A stretch of 64,000 nt of DNA, taken from IMG/VR virus record IMGVR_UViG_3300044615_000494; one strand, 5' to 3'. Position 1 is the stretch's first letter, and each line of letters opens with the position of its first letter. This stretch comes from a virus. Made by a program: the position numbers and the translations under genes. The notes beneath the pieces are model-generated. The model saw only the letters and a program-made list of their open reading frames with translations, searched no databases and was not told the DNA's origin. This document shows, in pieces, positions 46,637 through 55,916 of this stretch.

Positions 46637-46693
46637 AATCGATATCCATAGTTACAACAGATATGACTATGTTAACAGATTACATGTAAAAGG

Positions 46694-46864
46694 TCAAGAC
46701 CCTCTGCCCGTTTTTCGGGTAACTGCAGGGCCGCCAAAACCCTTACTTACCTTACCCTTTTTTCCGTTATTAGGATTGAACTGTCCTTTATTATTCGCTT
46801 GTATCGCTTTCTTACGTGCTAGTAATTCTGCGATTGGGTTTTTTGTTTTATTATCTTCGCTCAT
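46694..46864 (-). CDS. Small basic Gly/Lys-rich protein (56 aa; not in ORF track)
   Basis: MSEDNKTKNPIAELLARKK...GFGGPAVTRKTGRGS; ATGA coupling. Confidence 0.6.
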   Translation of the reverse strand: MSEDNKTKNPIAELLARKKAIQANNKGQFNPNNGKKGKVSKGFGGPAVTRKTGRGS

Positions 46865-47658
46865 GTGAATATAGGTCCTTCTGTTTCAGGTCTCAACGAC
46901 CTGTTATTTTTAAAACTAAAGTTCTTGCAAAATACGCTGGTGCACCAAGCATTATAATTATTCCAACCTGGACCCCAGAAATCTATTCGCTTATACCCTT
47001 TATCTATCAAGTACTGTTGCAAAGTGTTATACTGCCAGCGATCACTGTTGTCCAATATGATCAACGTATCGTCTCTTGCTCGTTCGACGGCTAACACACC
47101 GCTTAATGCTCTAGCCATACCGTCTAACACGATCACATCAAAATATCCTTGTGGATAATTATATAAAGTGCTGGCGTAGCCAGCGAATTCGTTGTTAATC
47201 AATCCATGCCTGACATCGTGATCCCTGTCATCACTACGTATCTGCGGAAAGTTTGTAATGAAGTTGTTTACGACTTCCAATGCATCATCGTGTACTTTTG
47301 CATTTTGATCTACTACATGTATCACTGCATTAGGTGCCTTTTCTTTGACATGATCTACCCAGGTGATATCATGCTCGACACTAACTGTTTCTCTCACGTA
47401 ATTGTTAAAGAATAGTGTGCTGTATCCACAACCATATTCGAATACTTTACTTTCTTTTGACAATACATCTTTTAAGAATGCGATTGCTGGAAATGTCATC
47501 CACGGGGTCACACCTTCTTCATCGCAAGGATGATCATGGAACCATCCATGCTCTTGCAAATATAGGTATGCGTGTGTGCTTAAATGTGAACTAAGATCGT
47601 TGGTGAGACTTAAACGTTTTACACCTTCGTGTTCTACTAATACTATAGGTTTTTTCAT
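46861..47658 (-). CDS. Class I SAM-dependent methyltransferase
   Basis: PWMT..AI..L, FEYGCGYST, SVEHD, DVIVLDG and ILDNS. Confidence 0.8.
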   Translation of the reverse strand: MKKPIVLVEHEGVKRLSLTNDLSSHLSTHAYLYLQEHGWFHDHPCDEEGVTPWMTFPAIAFLKDVLSKESKVFEYGCGYSTLFFNNYVRETVSVEHDITWVDHVKEKAPNAVIHVVDQNAKVHDDALEVVNNFITNFPQIRSDDRDHDVRHGLINNEFAGYASTLYNYPQGYFDVIVLDGMARALSGVLAVERARDDTLIILDNSDRWQYNTLQQYLIDKGYKRIDFWGPGWNNYNAWCTSVFCKNFSFKNNRSLRPETEGPIFT

Positions 47659-48059
47659 GTCTTTGCTGATTCAAGATATTCTAAGAAACTGCCATATAAT
47701 GTGATCATCATGGCAATTTTACTATCATATATGCGTATATATGCTGTTTTAGCCTGCTGATTTTTTAATCCTATATACCAAGGACATTTTATTTTTTTGC
47801 CTAGTTTCAGCGTGAACCTCTTTAGGTCTTCTTTTTTCAGACCTTTATGCTTGTCACCCACAAACAAAGGAAAATCATAATGCTCTATCTCAGCGAGTGA
47901 GAAGGCATCCATACCGTCTTCAGTAAGGCGCAGGCCAGAACCACTGCGTCCTGTAGCCCACCATTTAAATAACAAATCGTTGATTGAGTTTTTAGGTTGA
48001 GATAAGTCTATCTCTAGTATTTCTATCAGTGCTTGTGTGATAAGTTCTTTATTCTTCAT
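47655..48059 (-). CDS. Hypothetical protein
   Basis: WW...R.GSGLRLT..G motif. Confidence 0.7.
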   Translation of the reverse strand: MKNKELITQALIEILEIDLSQPKNSINDLLFKWWATGRSGSGLRLTEDGMDAFSLAEIEHYDFPLFVGDKHKGLKKEDLKRFTLKLGKKIKCPWYIGLKNQQAKTAYIRIYDSKIAMMITLYGSFLEYLESAKT

Positions 48060-48345
48060 CTGGGTAAACTTGTCTACCCTGGTTCATGAACACCACTGTA
48101 AACTTATCAGTTTTGAATTGATTGTTTAACTTACGACACAAGTTTCTAGCATGTCCTGGATTACTGAAACTAGTCTTTTTATACTTAGGAGCCGCTTCGT
48201 TCGCTAGGTAATGCTGACTCTTGAGATTGATCGGTTGTCCCTCATAAAACACAGCCCAAATACCAGAAGCCTCTACTATCTGGTCGCACTTGTACGTTGT
48301 TTTGTCAACATGCTCAAGTATTATTTTTGGTTGTGTTCTGCTCAT
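48049..48345 (-). CDS. Conserved hypothetical phage protein
   Basis: IWAVFY.GQPINLK...KYKK.SFSNPGHA.NL. Confidence 0.8.
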   Translation of the reverse strand: MSRTQPKIILEHVDKTTYKCDQIVEASGIWAVFYEGQPINLKSQHYLANEAAPKYKKTSFSNPGHARNLCRKLNNQFKTDKFTVVFMNQGRQVYPDEE

Positions 48346-48545
48346 TTAAATTTTCCACCTGTAATCTCTACTTTGATAACTTCCTCAGTTTTTTTATCCT
48401 CATTATTAAGTTCATGTAGATCAGCAAGTAACTTCGCTATCTCATCCCTCAATACTCTAGCCTCTGACATGGGTAAAACAAGATCCTTAGACCTTTTGCT
48501 GTCCAAATGAGAGACTTTATCCATGAATCTCTTTATCTGAATCAT
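48342..48545 (-). CDS. Hypothetical protein
   Basis: ORF 6 nt after TAAATA. Confidence 0.7.
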   Translation of the reverse strand: MIQIKRFMDKVSHLDSKRSKDLVLPMSEARVLRDEIAKLLADLHELNNEDKKTEEVIKVEITGGKFK

Positions 48546-48550
48546 CTTAA

Positions 48551-49000
48551 TTATTTATGTGTTTTGGCCTCATCTTCTGATTTAAACGGACCCTCATAGG
48601 GGTATCGCTGTATGAAGATGTATTTGGGGCAAAAAACTGTCTGATTATGTCCATTTTGATCTATATTAAACCATCCTGCTACATGATAACACTTGCTTTT
48701 TGTCGTTTTTGTAAAGATATGTAACTTACGCTTGACATCAAACATATTGTTATATGTCTTGTTAGTAGTAGGATATTCAGGATAAGGCATCTCTACCTTA
48801 GTCCTATTACTCTTCATAGGTTGAAAACTAATCTTAGTCTTCTTTTGTATATCCTTAGTATTGTTAAATTGTAGTGTGCTACCATTGATCATGACTTCAT
48901 AGCCCGCGCTATTGGCCTGCACATTACCTACTTTTTTCTCACCGTCAGTCACGACCCAATATTGGTCTTTGATGATTGGTTTCGCTATTAGTTCTGTCAT
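48551..49000 (-). CDS. Conserved hypothetical phage protein
   Basis: LIAKPII...W...CPK.I...RY.Y.GPF. Confidence 0.75.
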   Translation of the reverse strand: MTELIAKPIIKDQYWVVTDGEKKVGNVQANSAGYEVMINGSTLQFNNTKDIQKKTKISFQPMKSNRTKVEMPYPEYPTTNKTYNNMFDVKRKLHIFTKTTKSKCYHVAGWFNIDQNGHNQTVFCPKYIFIQRYPYEGPFKSEDEAKTHK

Positions 49001-49009
49001 ATTTCCTCT

Positions 49010-49612
49010 TTACGTTATCTCTATGAAATTAAAAATCTGTACTATCCTAGCATCTTCATCTTGCTCTCCGAACACCGGGCCTATGCCATGGAATTTGTTA
49101 GCAGGATATAGCAAGAATCTATTATAAACAATGTTTGATACAGTGTGTATAGTCCATTTATCTAATTGGTTAAATTCATTATTTTGAATAATATGCTTAA
49201 GATGCTCTTTGCTCAATGCTCTATCTGAGTTGGTTGACTTTTGGTTATAAAAGATAGTACCGGGGGTGTCTTCTCTGTTTTTAGAAAGATACAACACACC
49301 CGCATAATAATTGGCATCAACGGAATCCGCATGTAACAAGTTTGATGATACCGTACCTTTTTTACTAATCCTAAAAGAACCGTTATCCATCTGTCTCAAC
49401 TGGCGCATATTCTTATTTAGAATCTTAGAAATTTTCACATCGATCCAAGTAGGGGAATACGTATCCTTGCTCATTTTTCCTGGCCAAGGTGCATCACCAA
49501 ACTTATAGCCTGATGATTTTTTATCTTCGTAATATTCGGAAGACAAAGCCATATCTCTGATACTATCAGGATCATCATAGAAATCATCGATTATGATTAA
49601 TCCTAAATTCAT
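49010..49612 (-). CDS. 2OG-Fe(II) oxygenase (DUF6445-like)
   Basis: IIDDFY.DP, H.D (LHADS), AGVLYL, GT.FY, YNR...Y....FHG and R.VQ. Confidence 0.8.
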   Translation of the reverse strand: MNLGLIIIDDFYDDPDSIRDMALSSEYYEDKKSSGYKFGDAPWPGKMSKDTYSPTWIDVKISKILNKNMRQLRQMDNGSFRISKKGTVSSNLLHADSVDANYYAGVLYLSKNREDTPGTIFYNQKSTNSDRALSKEHLKHIIQNNEFNQLDKWTIHTVSNIVYNRFLLYPANKFHGIGPVFGEQDEDARIVQIFNFIEIT

Positions 49613-49845
49613 TCTGATATGCTCTCCCAAAACAATTCGTTATCCTTGACATTTGCTATGGGTTTGAGCCAACCTCTATCAATACAATCTAGTAAAATTG
49701 ATTTATATTCCCTAGGACATTTATCACTAATTTCAAACCCTGCTCTAGGTGCCATAACTAATCCATCGATAATATGAAACTTTGGATCACCCGATTTAAG
49801 AGTTCGAATAGATGTTTGAGTAACCTTAAACATTTGCCAACTCAC
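49609..49845 (-). CDS. Hypothetical protein
   Basis: ORF with ATGA coupling. Confidence 0.7.
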   Translation of the reverse strand: MSWQMFKVTQTSIRTLKSGDPKFHIIDGLVMAPRAGFEISDKCPREYKSILLDCIDRGWLKPIANVKDNELFWESISE

Positions 49846-50836
49846 CTGTATAAGGATTGTTCAACCACTTTGCATAACTATCAGCCTGGTCGCTGATCTT
49901 TTGCAATTCATACTTGCCACAAAACTTCATGAAGTGAACACCAACTTGCGGTGTCGTCTTGAGGCGCACACCTGTAGTGATGCTAGCATCAACTATCTGC
50001 TTAATTTCATCAGGCTGCGCAGTCAGATCAATCAATAATCTATTACGTTCATAATCTTCACGTACACGATGTTCGACACCATCGGGGTCTACCCAACGCT
50101 GTAGCATCATGTTGTTCCAATTAAAGCCCTGCTTAGTGCGGTCAGCATATGCTTCGATGAGACCGACTTTGTTCTTGCTACCCTTAGTACGCACTCCAGG
50201 ATAAGCACTGAACACATTATCACCCGCGTCACCGCGCATGATCTTCTCAAACAATACAAATTGTGGATCACCAAGCAACTTGGGTTCTTTAGTCTTTTTA
50301 TCTTTGACTGGCTTACCCTTGTCATCAAAATAACCTTCAAGAGTAATTAGTTGGTTTGCGACACCGTTGTACTGCTTGACGTTGGGTGCGATCAATTGAA
50401 TATAGTCTGTGTCGCTACTGATGATCACATGTTCATCGTTGGGATGTAGATGTACGAATCGTGCGATGAGGTCGTCTGCCTCAGCACGTTCATGTCGCAA
50501 CACACTTACGTTAGTCTTCTCACGCAAAAACGTAGTGAACATATCATACGTTTCCCAGAACATCTTATTTTCTTCTGCTTCTGCCTCAGTGAGGCTTTGC
50601 TCTGCAACTTTACGATGTGCCTTATAAGGTGCATACACATCCTTGCGCCAACTACGACCCTCAAGACAGAATACGACATGATCGATTCCATATTTGCGAA
50701 CAGCCTGATTGACACTTGATAATGTCAAGTGCAGAGCCATGCCGATCTTTTCCCAAGTATCGCTATTGCGACTGGCAACATGTCGGGCACGGAAAAATGT
50801 ATTAGCAGTATCAATCAGAGCATATTTCACAATCAC
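49826..50836 (-). CDS. rnh: 5'-3' exonuclease/RNase H (T4 Rnh/FEN family)
   Basis: LID..N, WRK..Y..YK..R, EADD, SSDTD..QL and GD.GDNV. Confidence 0.93.
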   Translation of the reverse strand: MIVKYALIDTANTFFRARHVASRNSDTWEKIGMALHLTLSSVNQAVRKYGIDHVVFCLEGRSWRKDVYAPYKAHRKVAEQSLTEAEAEENKMFWETYDMFTTFLREKTNVSVLRHERAEADDLIARFVHLHPNDEHVIISSDTDYIQLIAPNVKQYNGVANQLITLEGYFDDKGKPVKDKKTKEPKLLGDPQFVLFEKIMRGDAGDNVFSAYPGVRTKGSKNKVGLIEAYADRTKQGFNWNNMMLQRWVDPDGVEHRVREDYERNRLLIDLTAQPDEIKQIVDASITTGVRLKTTPQVGVHFMKFCGKYELQKISDQADSYAKWLNNPYTGELANV

Positions 50837-50863
50837 ACCTATTTAGTAGAATAATATACGTAT

Positions 50864-50892
50864 ATTATACTAGGTGTTTGCGAACATGTCAA
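50864..50892 (-). promoter_or_regulatory. sigma70 promoter
   Basis: TTGACA-17 nt-TATAAT upstream of rnh. Confidence 0.75.
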
Positions 50893-50910
50893 CTAACTTA
50901 GGTACAGCCT

Positions 50911-51954
50911 TTACCCAAAGTTAAACAACATGATACCTGTGGGTTCGACTTTGTTTTTGGACAGTACCATTATGCTTTCATCTGTATTCAGATTTGATTT
51001 GGCACTAGGTCGTACCTTATTCTTAAGGTCAGTGGTCTGTATATGATGATAGCCCAAACTTTTTGCCAAGGATAAAGTATCCTCGTACAATTTATAATTT
51101 GAAAAATTCTTTATGTTAACTAGCAATTTACCTTCAGCAATTAGATATTTGTTGATGTTCACCAATGTGGGCTTAAGATAATTGTCTAGCCATTGTTGAT
51201 AAGTAGTTCCGGGTTTATACGATTGATTACCTACCCTATAATCTTCAAGATTAAAATATGGAGGACTACTAAAAGCCAATCCAATCGTGTTCTCCCATTC
51301 AGGCACATACACCTCACTACCCTGGCATCGTATGTCGTATTTGCTATCTGTTAGGTTGGCTGTATCATAATCCTTTGCCATTTCAAATAATCTGTCAACC
51401 AACAAGTTATTAGGATCTGTCCCATAATACTCTACTTTATTTTTGATTGCGCTTAGTAATCTTACACCCCAACCACAACTAAAATCATAATACTTGTTAT
51501 TCACATTGTAATATTTCAATATGTGGTCGGCAGTCTGCATTGGAAAGTTGCTCGGTTTCATAGCAACTCCCCCACCAGAAATTCTTAACGCCGTCTCTAA
51601 ATTTTGTATATCAGTATTTGTTTTTGGATACACTTTTTCACTGGCTAATGTGCGGCTATAAAAATATTTTATCAGATCATTTGACTCAAATACCTCTTCT
51701 ATGCTCCAGCGAGGGGTTTCAAGTTTTACTTTTGCCATCAAATCTTTATAGTAATAGTTGGCTATATCACCTATCGCAGTACCACCGCGCTTTACGCTTT
51801 TCAAATTTTCTTTTACAAGGTTGTAGTCGGGTTTAGTATAATACTGTTGTTTTAATTCAATACACTTTTCAACAGGCAGGTCATAATAATGGTCGGTGTA
51901 CAAAACCTTACCAAGATGTTCAATGGTATATTTTTTCTTAGTGGTTTTAGCCAC
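50911..51954 (-). CDS. DNA amino-methyltransferase (m4C/m6A)
   Basis: Motif I YDFSCGWG..L, GTDPN and motif IV FSSPPYF. Confidence 0.85.
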   Translation of the reverse strand: MAKTTKKKYTIEHLGKVLYTDHYYDLPVEKCIELKQQYYTKPDYNLVKENLKSVKRGGTAIGDIANYYYKDLMAKVKLETPRWSIEEVFESNDLIKYFYSRTLASEKVYPKTNTDIQNLETALRISGGGVAMKPSNFPMQTADHILKYYNVNNKYYDFSCGWGVRLLSAIKNKVEYYGTDPNNLLVDRLFEMAKDYDTANLTDSKYDIRCQGSEVYVPEWENTIGLAFSSPPYFNLEDYRVGNQSYKPGTTYQQWLDNYLKPTLVNINKYLIAEGKLLVNIKNFSNYKLYEDTLSLAKSLGYHHIQTTDLKNKVRPSAKSNLNTDESIMVLSKNKVEPTGIMLFNFG

Positions 51955-51969
51955 GATACTTTTATGTTA

Positions 51970-52413
51970 TCAACTGATTTCGGTTCGTCCGTTACCCAAA
52001 TCTCGTTGTCTGATTACTCTGAGATTATCTGCGTTCCTGCGCTTTTCTGGGTCTGCTATCTCTTGCTCATACATCTCAAGTGCGATGTTACGGCAAACTG
52101 CTTGAAACCAGCGATCTACGATCTCGTTGTCGGTATCAGTCTCGCTTTTCTTATATCCTGACTTAATTAGATTAAGAAGGAACTTATCGTTCCAATCTAA
52201 TTCAAAAGCGCCGTTGTTGATGTTGTTGGGGTCAATGTCTACTCTATTGATAGCGATATAAGGATCACCATCTTTAGTGGCCTGCTCTTTGGGACTGAGT
52301 TTCTTTTCAGTTTTTTCTTTCTTAGGTTTGGAGGAATCCTCGCTCGGTGGATTCGGCCTCGGCTCTGGTTTTTTCGCTCCTAACCCAAAAATACTTTTAA
52401 TCTTATTGAACAT
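51970..52413 (-). CDS. Conserved hypothetical phage protein
   Basis: K..AT..G.P...I...ELDWN..F..L...GY...VD.WF. Confidence 0.75.
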   Translation of the reverse strand: MFNKIKSIFGLGAKKPEPRPNPPSEDSSKPKKEKTEKKLSPKEQATKDGDPYIAINRVDIDPNNINNGAFELDWNDKFLLNLIKSGYKKSETDTDNEIVDRWFQAVCRNIALEMYEQEIADPEKRRNADNLRVIRQRDLGNGRTEIS

Positions 52414-52972
52414 TCTTAGCCCTGGTAATAGCGCCACGCACCGCAGTTTGTAACGCATTGTTTAAATCTACATTGTACTTATTGTTGGCAACTACGTAAC
52501 CAGAAATTTCTTTAATGTCATTGAGATTAATTTTCAAGTCGAATCCATCTCCCGTTTTATGCAGATTACGAATGACCGTTTCTTTGTCAACAAGAAAACA
52601 CCCATCGTTTCGTAATACTATTGTAATGTCGCAAATTAATTCAGGTTCTAACATGTCCTTATTATTCGTGCCATTACTATTTGTAAATTTGACAATGAAT
52701 GTTTTTCTGCTTTTACCATTCTTTTTATACATGCTTTGACTTAACTGGCTTTTTAACTCAATAGTAGTATTATGTTTTGGCCAATCAAAGTCTTTGTGAT
52801 CCTCTCTCACACAAATTAATGAGGAATCTTGCATAGCAATTAATTCTTCGCAGACGAATCCCTTTAAAAATCTGAGTTGTCTGTCATTCAACTCTTCTAG
52901 GCTATTACCAAAATTAATGATAAATTGCCAGTCGTATTTTTTAAGATCATTGATTATTTGTTGCATATTCAT
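52403..52972 (-). CDS. PD-(D/E)XK restriction-endonuclease-like protein
   Basis: KG..CE, HKDF...IELKSQ spacing; start codon uncertain. Confidence 0.6.
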   Translation of the reverse strand: MNMQQIINDLKKYDWQFIINFGNSLEELNDRQLRFLKGFVCEELIAMQDSSLICVREDHKDFDWPKHNTTIELKSQLSQSMYKKNGKSRKTFIVKFTNSNGTNNKDMLEPELICDITIVLRNDGCFLVDKETVIRNLHKTGDGFDLKINLNDIKEISGYVVANNKYNVDLNNALQTAVRGAITRAKNVQ

Positions 52973-53978
52973 ATAGTTTAAAACTTGCAAGATTTTTAGC
53001 CTTGCTTTCGCACATTATATCAGCCCATGAACGATGTGTCAATGCCCAATTATTTACTGCTTCATTCCAGTAGTAATCACTATGAGCGCGTAGTTTCTGT
53101 TTGTTATGGCCGCTTTCTAGTAGTGTAGTCAAGCACGGACGGCTGACGGTGCAGGCACTTGGTAGATGCTCTTCTCTACTGACACTATAGTGTATGACAG
53201 GGCGCACGCCACGCCAACTATCAATAACCATGCCAATACGGGGATCAGTTTTTTCAATGTATTCTCCTGTTTTAATCCAATTGTGATGAATGTCGAGTAC
53301 GATAGGAACAAGGTCAGCCAACTCTAGGCACGAATCGAGACCCCACGACATTTCTTCGTTTTCGATTGTGAGTCCATTTCTTGCTTCGGGGCTGAGTCTG
53401 TTGTAGGCCCGCCGGATGCCTTCGGGACCTTGGCGACCACTGATGTGGACGTTGATTTTAATGTCCTGAAATGATTTACCATACCCCATGAAACGGGCCA
53501 TATCTGCATGATATTCGAACTCCTCGATACTCTTATTTACTACCTCAGGACGATCACTTGCAAGAACAACAAACTGATCAGGGTGAAAACTTAGTCGTAC
53601 ATCATTGGCACGTGCAGTCTCACCTATAGGAGCCATCCAACGTTCTAGTGTATCCTGTACATCTCTACGTAACCAAAAGTCTTTGTACTCATCCATTGTA
53701 TAGAAACTAAACATATCGCTTGTGATACGCAACATACGTAGTTCATGCGGTAGTTCTGCTACCTTTTTGACAAGCGCATGGGTATTGAGGATGTTGCGTT
53801 TGGCTACATCAATGATCTTGTCTTCAACTACTTGCCGCGATTTTTGACGTTTTGCCCACGCAAAAGTCGTGCCACCTGTGTTGAGGCCCTCGGTGCTAGC
53901 GATCTCGCCTTTTTTATTGATCTCTGCCCATTTGCAGGCAAAGCCAATGCGTTTGATATTAATATTGAAGGTAGTCAT
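52947..53978 (-). CDS. uvsE: UV-damage endonuclease (UVDE/UvsE)
   Basis: RIGFAC, RITS, RLSFHP.QF.VL.S, INVH, TIEN, VLDIHH, HYS, H.D and MCESKAKNLA. Confidence 0.93.
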   Translation of the reverse strand: MTTFNINIKRIGFACKWAEINKKGEIASTEGLNTGGTTFAWAKRQKSRQVVEDKIIDVAKRNILNTHALVKKVAELPHELRMLRITSDMFSFYTMDEYKDFWLRRDVQDTLERWMAPIGETARANDVRLSFHPDQFVVLASDRPEVVNKSIEEFEYHADMARFMGYGKSFQDIKINVHISGRQGPEGIRRAYNRLSPEARNGLTIENEEMSWGLDSCLELADLVPIVLDIHHNWIKTGEYIEKTDPRIGMVIDSWRGVRPVIHYSVSREEHLPSACTVSRPCLTTLLESGHNKQKLRAHSDYYWNEAVNNWALTHRSWADIMCESKAKNLASFKLYEYATNNQ

Positions 53979-53984
53979 GATATA

Positions 53985-54013
53985 AATATAACACAATAGA
54001 TTATGAATGTCAA
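53985..54013 (-). promoter_or_regulatory. sigma70 promoter placing +1 on the uvsE ATG (leaderless)
   Basis: TTGACA-17 nt-TATATT-6 nt-ATG. Confidence 0.65.
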
Positions 54014-54022
54014 CACCAACTT

Positions 54023-54727
54023 ATGAAGTATGAGCCAAATCAAAAATACACTTATGTGACTAATGGGCAACGCAAGATTTCTATAGACTTCATGGGATTC
54101 TTGAATGGGGGCGGTACGTGGGGAAGTGTAAGGTTCATAAATACTCTCCAAAAATATTATCCTAACAAGTCTTTCCAAAAATGTTTAGAATGGTGCAGCG
54201 GCCCGGGCTTCATAGGCTTTGAACTATTATCTAATAATATTTGCTCAGAGTTAAGTTTTATGGACATATATCAGCCTGCTTTGGACAACATAGCAGAGAC
54301 TATAAAAAATAATGGACTCACTGACAAGATAACATTGCATAACGTAGGAAAACTGTCAGAATTATCAGGAGAAAAATATGACCTGATATTGGGTAATCCT
54401 CCATGGCACAAAAAAGCCCCTGCTAGATTCGCTATCAAAGACGGTGAATATAATGGGGATTTCATGCGTAGAAATGTAGACGAAGGACTAGTGATACACA
54501 AAGAGTTTTTCAATCACGTGGGCGACCATTTAAATGAAAAGGGAGTGGTCATCATTAGCGCATTAGACAATCGATATGACGATCCTAGACATATAGGGGT
54601 CAGCATACATGACTTCTATTCTATGGCCAAGAATACTCCGCTAAAATTGATCGATATTTATTATCCTGATAGAGACTTGTCTAAGGGCTATTCTACCACA
54701 TATTACGCTGTATTTGAAAAAAGGTAA
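54023..54727 (+). CDS. Class I SAM methyltransferase (HemK/PrmC-like)
   Basis: LEWCSGPGFIG, MDI and GNPPW motifs. Confidence 0.8.
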   Translation: MKYEPNQKYTYVTNGQRKISIDFMGFLNGGGTWGSVRFINTLQKYYPNKSFQKCLEWCSGPGFIGFELLSNNICSELSFMDIYQPALDNIAETIKNNGLTDKITLHNVGKLSELSGEKYDLILGNPPWHKKAPARFAIKDGEYNGDFMRRNVDEGLVIHKEFFNHVGDHLNEKGVVIISALDNRYDDPRHIGVSIHDFYSMAKNTPLKLIDIYYPDRDLSKGYSTTYYAVFEKR

Positions 54728-54761
54728 TTTCGATAAATACTACATATTTAGGACTATAAAC

Positions 54762-55916
54762 ATGAATTTCAGAAAACTTATCAAACTAGTGACCGAAGGG
54801 GTCAGCCCTTTCAGTAAAAATCTCAAAGTCATGAGCCTTGACCAATTCGTGGATAGTGAAGGCAAGGACGAAAAAGATGTTGAAGAAGCCAAATTATCGG
54901 GAGTCGCTAGTCGCAAATTTGATAAAGATGAACTTACAGCATATCTAGACAGAATTATCGGCAAAAATAAAGAGAAACAGGACAAATATCAGCGCCCATA
55001 TATACACAGCGGCAATATACCTATCGTCAATGACGAAGGTAAGAAATATGACCTAGATGCCCTTCGCAAGACTTTCTCCGAGCGTCCCGCAAAGATTCTC
55101 AAGCAAAACGAAAAGATGCAACACAGCGACGGCACATCAAGCATTTTCTTCAATGTTGGTCTCCCTGCACTAAAGGGACTTGCCGTTGATGAAGACACCG
55201 GTGAATTTATAGTGATTGATACTTGTCCTGGCGCAGGCGCATGTAAGACATTCTGCTATGCTATGAAGGGTGGTTATGTTCAATGGAAGGCTAGCAGTTT
55301 GGGTTCAACTAAGATGCTTAACTTCTTGTACAATGATCCAGACGGTTTCATGGCTAAGTTAAGTGAAGAGATCGACCAAGCAGAGAAAAAGTACGGCAAG
55401 AAGGGTACCAAAGTTGTTATTCGTTGGCATGATGCCGGCGACTTCTTTAGCCCACAATACCTAGAAATGGCATACGATGTTGCTAAGAAACATCCTGATG
55501 TTGACTTCTATGCATATACTAAGATGGCTAGTGTAGCACAGGCGGCACGTCCTGATAACTTTAAGATGAACTTCAGCCAAGGTGCGGCTACTGGTCAAGA
55601 AAAGAAAATCGATTTCGTTAAGACTAAGAACAGTCGTGTAGTTCCTAAAGAACTATTTGCCGACGCATTAGAGAAGGATGAATCAGGTAAATGGCAATAT
55701 AAGAACCCAGAAGCAGAAAAGGCTGTCAAGGATCGTATCGCTATCAAGTATAGTCTCAAGCCAGAGTCGGTCATCACTTACGATGAGATGATGAAGAAGC
55801 CGGCTGATAAAGATCCAGAAGCCAAAGGTAAATGGAATGTTATCGTCAAGCCGGGTGATGGTGACGATGCTGCCAATCGTAATGACGTATTGAGCAGTTT
55901 ACTTCTTATTCACTAA
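54762..55916 (+). CDS. Gp88-like radical-SAM-related protein (384 aa)
   Basis: TCPGAGACKTFCYA (Cx5Cx3C), IRWHDAGDF and FYAYTK; AGGA RBS and TAAATA; start reassigned to 54762. Confidence 0.75.
   Translation: MNFRKLIKLVTEGVSPFSKNLKVMSLDQFVDSEGKDEKDVEEAKLSGVASRKFDKDELTAYLDRIIGKNKEKQDKYQRPYIHSGNIPIVNDEGKKYDLDALRKTFSERPAKILKQNEKMQHSDGTSSIFFNVGLPALKGLAVDEDTGEFIVIDTCPGAGACKTFCYAMKGGYVQWKASSLGSTKMLNFLYNDPDGFMAKLSEEIDQAEKKYGKKGTKVVIRWHDAGDFFSPQYLEMAYDVAKKHPDVDFYAYTKMASVAQAARPDNFKMNFSQGAATGQEKKIDFVKTKNSRVVPKELFADALEKDESGKWQYKNPEAEKAVKDRIAIKYSLKPESVITYDEMMKKPADKDPEAKGKWNVIVKPGDGDDAANRNDVLSSLLLIH

Noticed and set aside
53981-53988. Plus-strand TATAAATA as the late promoter of the 54023 MTase
   Set aside because: It coincides with the -10 region of the divergent uvsE promoter and no SD precedes 54023; ambiguous, so not claimed
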